Assembly (NCBI GenBank): GCA_023247255.1
Contig: JAHFGV010000004.1
Coordinates: 20,023-84,022, forward strand
Length of the DNA: 64,000 bases
Direction: 5' to 3'
Origin: Candidatus Omnitrophota bacterium
Lineage (GTDB): Bacteria; Omnitrophota; Gorgyraeia; Aquiviventales; Aquiviventaceae
The notes under the pieces are model-generated. The model saw only the letters and a list, made by a program, of their open reading frames with translations. It was not told the origin of the DNA and ran no database searches. Numbering within the stretch: position 1 is the first letter of the stretch; every line of letters starts with the position of its first letter. Positions 12,101-18,100 of this stretch are shown here, piece after piece. The position numbers and the translations under genes are program-made.

Positions 12101-15100
12101 AGAAGCCGTGATGAGATTCGGATAGCTGGTCCCTCCATTCGTCGAATACTCAAGTTTCACGTTCGTGATCGATCCGACTTTAGTCCAACTCACGTTCTGT
12201 GAAGTGCCCACGGCCCAGGCCTCGCTGCCGTTCGGGGCGATGAGAGTCAGCGAACCGACGATCTTGAAATTCGCATCCGACGCATCGTTCACCGTCGTAT
12301 CAGCGTTGCTGGTGACATTGACCCGCAGTTGAGTCCCGATCGCATCGGGAATGGTCCAAGCATAAGGGGTACCGGTCACGGCATCTGCAGAAGCGGAAAT
12401 AACCGTGGGATAGGTGCTGCCGCCATCCGTCGAGTATTCGAGCTTCACCGTCGCAAACGTGCCCTGCTTCGTCCAGGTAATGTTCTGGCTGGTGCCTACG
12501 ATCCAGACTTCCCCGCCGTTGGGGCTGGTGAGGGCAATTTGACCTTTGATCTCGAAGTTCGCGTTGGAGGCATCGTTGACTGTAGCATCCCCGGTATGGG
12601 TGATCTTTACGCGCAGCTGGGTACCTATCGCATCGGGAACCGACCAGGTATAGCTGCCGCTCGTCGCGCTCGTTGAGGAAGCAATGATGTTGGGGTAGGT
12701 CGTGCCGCCATTCGTTGAGTACTCGAGTTTGACCGTCGCGATGGTGCCGGTCTTCGTCCAGGTGATGTTGCGACTCTCGCCAACCTTCCAGACCTCGACG
12801 CCATTCGGAGAGGTCACTGTGAGTGAGCCTTTAATCTCAAAGTGAGCGTTGGAGATATCCACTACCGTGATGTCTGCAGCATCGCTGGCCCGGACCTTGA
12901 GCGTTGTGCCGATGGCATCGGGAACCGTCCAGGCAAAGTTCAAGGGGCTGGCTGGGGCGGAGGCGCTGATTAAGAAAGTCTGGAGCTCATCGGAAAAACC
13001 GTTCGTCGAGTACTCCAACTTCACGTTGGCAAACGAACCGGTTCGCGTCCATGCGATGTTCTGGCTCGCACCCACGATCCACGTCTCACCCCCATTGGGG
13101 GCGCTTACCGTAATCGAGCCTCGGATTTTGAAATTGGCATCAGAATCATCGAAAACCGATGCGTCGGCGGCATCGCTCACCCGAACCCGCAGCTGTGTTC
13201 CGATCACATCGGGAATGGTCCATGAATACTGGCCGTTGTCCGCACCGACAGGTGGATCCGTATTCGCGCTCGTCGAAGCCGTGATAAGATTGCCAGCGGG
13301 CCATGTGGCCCCGCCATCCGTCGAGTACTGCAGTTTCACATTCGTAATCGCTCCAAAGACATTCCAGGTGACGTTCTGGGTCGCCCCAACGACCCAAACC
13401 TCACTACCATTCGGGGCCGTCAGTGTCACACTCCCTTTAATCGAGAGATTGGCGTTGGAAAGATCGCTGACCGTTGCGTCGGAGGCATCAGAGACCCGAA
13501 GTTTCACCGTAGCCGATGGGGTGTTCGGAATCGTCCAGGCGTAGAGCCCGTTGTTGTCAACCGGCGGAGGATCAGCCGGTGCAGAGGCGGTGATGACGTA
13601 GGTCTGGAGCTCATCGGAAAAACCATTCGTCGAGTATTCGAGCTTGACGTTGGGCAGCGAGCCGGTCCGGGTCCAGGTGATGTTTTGCACGGTGTTGATC
13701 TGCCATCCCTCGCCACCATTGGGGGCGGTCAACAGGAGGCTTCCACGAATCTTGAAGTTGACGTCCGAGGTATCGAAAGCATCCGTATCTGCTGCGTCGC
13801 TCACTTTCACTCGCACGGTCGTTGAGATCGCATCCGCCACCGTCCAGGAGTAGGATCCGCTGTTGGAGGCCGAGGCCGTGATAACATTCGGGTAGGTGCT
13901 GCCGCCGTCGGCGGAGTATTCCAATTTCACATTGGCTGCGGTTCCAACAGTCGTCCAAGTAATGTTCTGGGCGCTGCCAACGGTCAAGACCTCCCCGCCG
14001 TTGGGGGCAGTGAGGGTAAGACCCGCCTTGATCTTGAAGTTCGCGTCCGATACATCTGAGACATCGCTTGGGAAGTCCACATCGGATACCTTTACCTTAA
14101 CGGTGGCGCTCGGGGTGTTGGGGATAGTCCAAGCATAGCTGAGCGATGAAGCCACTGTGGTTGCCACAATCAGGTTCGGGTAGGTCGTCCCGCCGTCGGT
14201 CGAGTATTCGAGTTTGGCGTTGGCGATGGATCCGATACGCGTCCAGGTGACGTTCTGGGAATTTCCTACCGTCCACTTCTCGCCACCGTTTGGAGCAGTC
14301 AGGGTCAGCACACCGACAATCTTGAAGACCGCGTTCGACTCATCCTGCACTGTGGCATCGCTTGTGTCACTCACCCGAACCTTGGCCGTCGCCGTAATCG
14401 CATCCGGCAGAGTCCAGGCGTAGGTACCGGTCGCGGCATCTGTCGATGCAGTGATCAGATTTGGATAGGTGGATCCGCTGTTCGTAGAGTACTCAAGCTT
14501 AACGTTGGTGATGGAACCGGTCCTTGTCCAGGTGACAGCGCGGCTGCTGTTAACCGTCCAGAGTTCCGCGCCATTGGGTGCGGTAAGCGTCAAGGCCCCT
14601 TTAATCGTAAAGTTGGTATTGGATACGTCGTTCACGGTAGAGTCGCTGGCATCAGACACACGAACCTTCAATTGCGCGCCGATGGCGTCTGCGATGGTCC
14701 ATGCGTAGCTCAGCGGTGCTGCCGGTGTCGATGCGACGATGGTAAACGTCTGGAGCTCATCGGCGAAACCGTTCTTTGAATACTCCAGTTTCACGTTAGC
14801 GATCGAACCCTGCTTCGTCCAAGTAACGTTCTGAGAGGAACCGACGATCCAGGTTTCCCCACCGTTGGGAGCAGTGAGCGTTACAGAACCCTTGATCGTG
14901 AAGTTCGCGTTGGTGTCATCGGTCACCGTTACGTCATCCACATTTGTGATCCTCACCCGAAGCTGTGTGCCGATGGAATCGGGAATCGTCCAGGCGAAGC
15001 TTAAGCTCGATCCGGCCGTGGAAGACACGATCACATTCGGATAGGTGGTGCCGCCGTTTGTCGAATACTCGAGCTTAACGTTTGGAATGGTCCCAGTCTT

Positions 15101-18100
15101 GGCCCAGGTGATGTTCCGACTATCGTTGACGATCCACGTCTCACCGCCGTTGGGTGAACCCAACGTCAGTGTTCCCTTAATGGTGAAATTTCCGTTGGAG
15201 GCATCCGTCACGGTGTTGTCGTTGACGTCGGTAATCCGGACGCGCAGATCGGTATCGATTTCATCCGGAAGGGTCCAGGCATAGCTGAGATTCGCGGCAG
15301 GCGTTGATGCGGTGATCGCAATGGGAAACGTGGCACCGCCATCCTTTGAGAGATCAAGCTTCGCGTTGGCGATCGATCCCCCTCGTGTCCACGTAATGTT
15401 TCGGCTCTCGCTGACTTTCCAGACCTCGCCACCGTCCGGTGCTTGGATGAAAAGCGATCCCTTGATGCTGAAATTCGCATCCGATGGGTCCGTTACATTC
15501 GTGTCGTCGAGCTGGGTGATTCGGACACGTCCCTGCGTGGTCGGGTTATCCGGAACGGTCCAAGCATAACTCGTATCCGTAGCAGGAACCGTGTTGCTGA
15601 TCAGATTGCCCACGGGATAGGTCGTACCACCATCGGTCGAATATTCGAGCTTGAGATTCCCAGTCAGTGTTCCCGTCTTCACCCAGGTGATATTCTGTGT
15701 CGCGTTGATCGGCCAGCCTTCATTACCGTTAGGTGCAGTGACGGTAATCGAGCCACGAATCGTGAAGTCGGCATCCGAGGTGTCGTTTAGGTCGAGGACA
15801 TCGGGTGTGGTGTCGTAGGTAACCTTCACGCGCCGCGTGGTCCCGATAGAATCCGGAATGGTCCAGGGATAGCTCAGATTTCCACCCGATGTGGAGGCGA
15901 CGATAAGATTCGTATAGCTCACACCACTGTTGGTTGAGTACTCCAACTTAACGTTCGGTAGCGTTCCCGTCTTGGTCCAGGTAATGTTTTGGGTCGTCCC
16001 CACAACCCAGGACTGGCCTCCGTTAGGAGCCGTCAAAGCAAGGGAACCCCTGATGGTGAAATCTGCATCGGAGGCATCGATGACCGAAGCATCTGAGGCA
16101 TCACTGATCCGGATCCGGCACTGGGCGCTGATGCCATCGGCCACTATCCAGGTGTAGCTACCGGCGCCCGCAGGCGTTGAGGAGACGATGACATTGCCGG
16201 CAGGCCATGTTGAGCCGCTGTCCGTCGAGTATTCCAGTTTTGCGTTGGCGATAGCCCCCAGGGTTGTCCAGGTAATGTTCTGGGGATCTGCGACTACCCA
16301 AGTCTGGCCGCCGTTGGGCGCTGTGATGGTCAGTTTGCCCTTTAGCCGAAAGTTATTCTCTGACGCATTTGCCGCAGCCTTACCTGCCGTGACCGGTGTG
16401 ATTCTCACCCGGGCTGTCGTCGATAGGGGCGCATTAGACGGAATCGTCCAGGCATACTGCCCGTTATTCCCACCAGTCGGTGGATCGGTATCCGATGGGG
16501 TAGAGGCAATGATGAGGTTCGGGTAAGTAGATCCTCCATCCGTCGAGTACTCCAGTTTGACGGCCCCTACCGTACCGGTGAGGTTCCAGGTAATGTTCTG
16601 GCTCGTCCCAAGCTCCCAAACCTCTCCGCCATCAGGAAAGGTGATGTTGAGAGATCCTTGTATCGTGAAGTTGGCGTCCGATTCATCCGTAACAGAAGTC
16701 TCGTTGAGGTATACGATCTTAACCCGCAGATCATTGTCGATCGCATCGGGGACGGTCCATGCGTAGCTGCCAGCGGTAACCGCCACGGAATTAGTAATCA
16801 TGTTGCCTGGATCGGGGTAGGTCGCCCCGCCATCCGTCGAGTAAAGCAACTTGACGTTGCCACTCAAGGTGCCGGTCTTCGTCCAGGTAATGTTCTGCGT
16901 ATCTCCGACTACCCAGCTCTGACTCCCATTGGGTGCCGTGAGGGTTAACGTACCCTTCACCGTGAAGCCGGTGTCCGAATCATCGTAGACCGTGCTGTCG
17001 GCCGCATTCTCCAAGCGCACTTTAACATTCGTTCCAATGATGTCGGGAACAGGGTTCCAGTTGTATGAACCCACATTCGAGATCGACGCTCCACCTGCAA
17101 TCGGGTTGCTGAAAGTAGCGCCATCGGTGGCGTAGTAGAGCTTTACGCCGGAGACGGTCCCATTCGTGTTCCAGGTAATGTTCCGGGTCGTGTCCCCAAC
17201 AAACCAGATAAGATTCGTATTGGGCTGCGTCACGGTGAGCTGGCCTTTGATCGTGAAGTTGGCATCCGAGGTATCGAAGACCGTGGTGTCAGTGACCAGC
17301 GTCACCTTAACGCGAAGCTGAGTCTCGATAGCATCTGGGATCGGGTTCCAGTTGTATGACAGCGCGCTGGCAGCCGTGGTGCTGTTGATCAGGGTGTCGT
17401 AACTTGTACCACCGTTGGTCGAGTAACGCAGCTCGACATTGCCGGCCATCGAACCCGTGGTTCCCACTCGCGTCCACGTAATGTTGCGGTTCGTCTCGCC
17501 GACCTTCCAGACCTCGCCGTTGTTGGGTGCAACGAGGGTCAGCGTTCCCTTGATGGAAAAGTTGGCATCTGATTGATCCTCAACACTCGTATCGGTCACC
17601 AACCGCACGCGCACCCGGATATCGCTGTCGATGTCATCCGGGGTGGCCCAGTTGTACGGCGTACCGGAGACTGGATCCAAACCCGTGGCAATCAGTTTGC
17701 CTGCTGGAAACGTCGCCCCGCCGTCCGTTGAGTAGTGCAGCTCTACGTTGCCAATCGAACCGGTCTTGGTCCAGCTGACCGGACAGGATTGGCCGACGGT
17801 GCAGGTGCCACCGCCATTGGGCGCTCCCAAGACCACGGTCCCCTTGATGGAAAAGTTGGAGTCTGAGGCGTCATCGGCGACGTTAACGGTATCTGAAGGA
17901 ATAACTCTGACTTTCACCGTGTTGTTGATCCCGCCGGTGACATCAGGAATCGGAGACCAGCTGTAGCTCCCGCTTGCCCCTCCGATCGGAGTCGAGGCCA
18001 CAATGACATTCGGGTAGGTGCTGCCTCCATCCGTCGAATAGCGAATTTCCACTGTGCCAGAGACCGTGCCGTTGTTGTTCCAGGTGATGTTGCGCGAGCT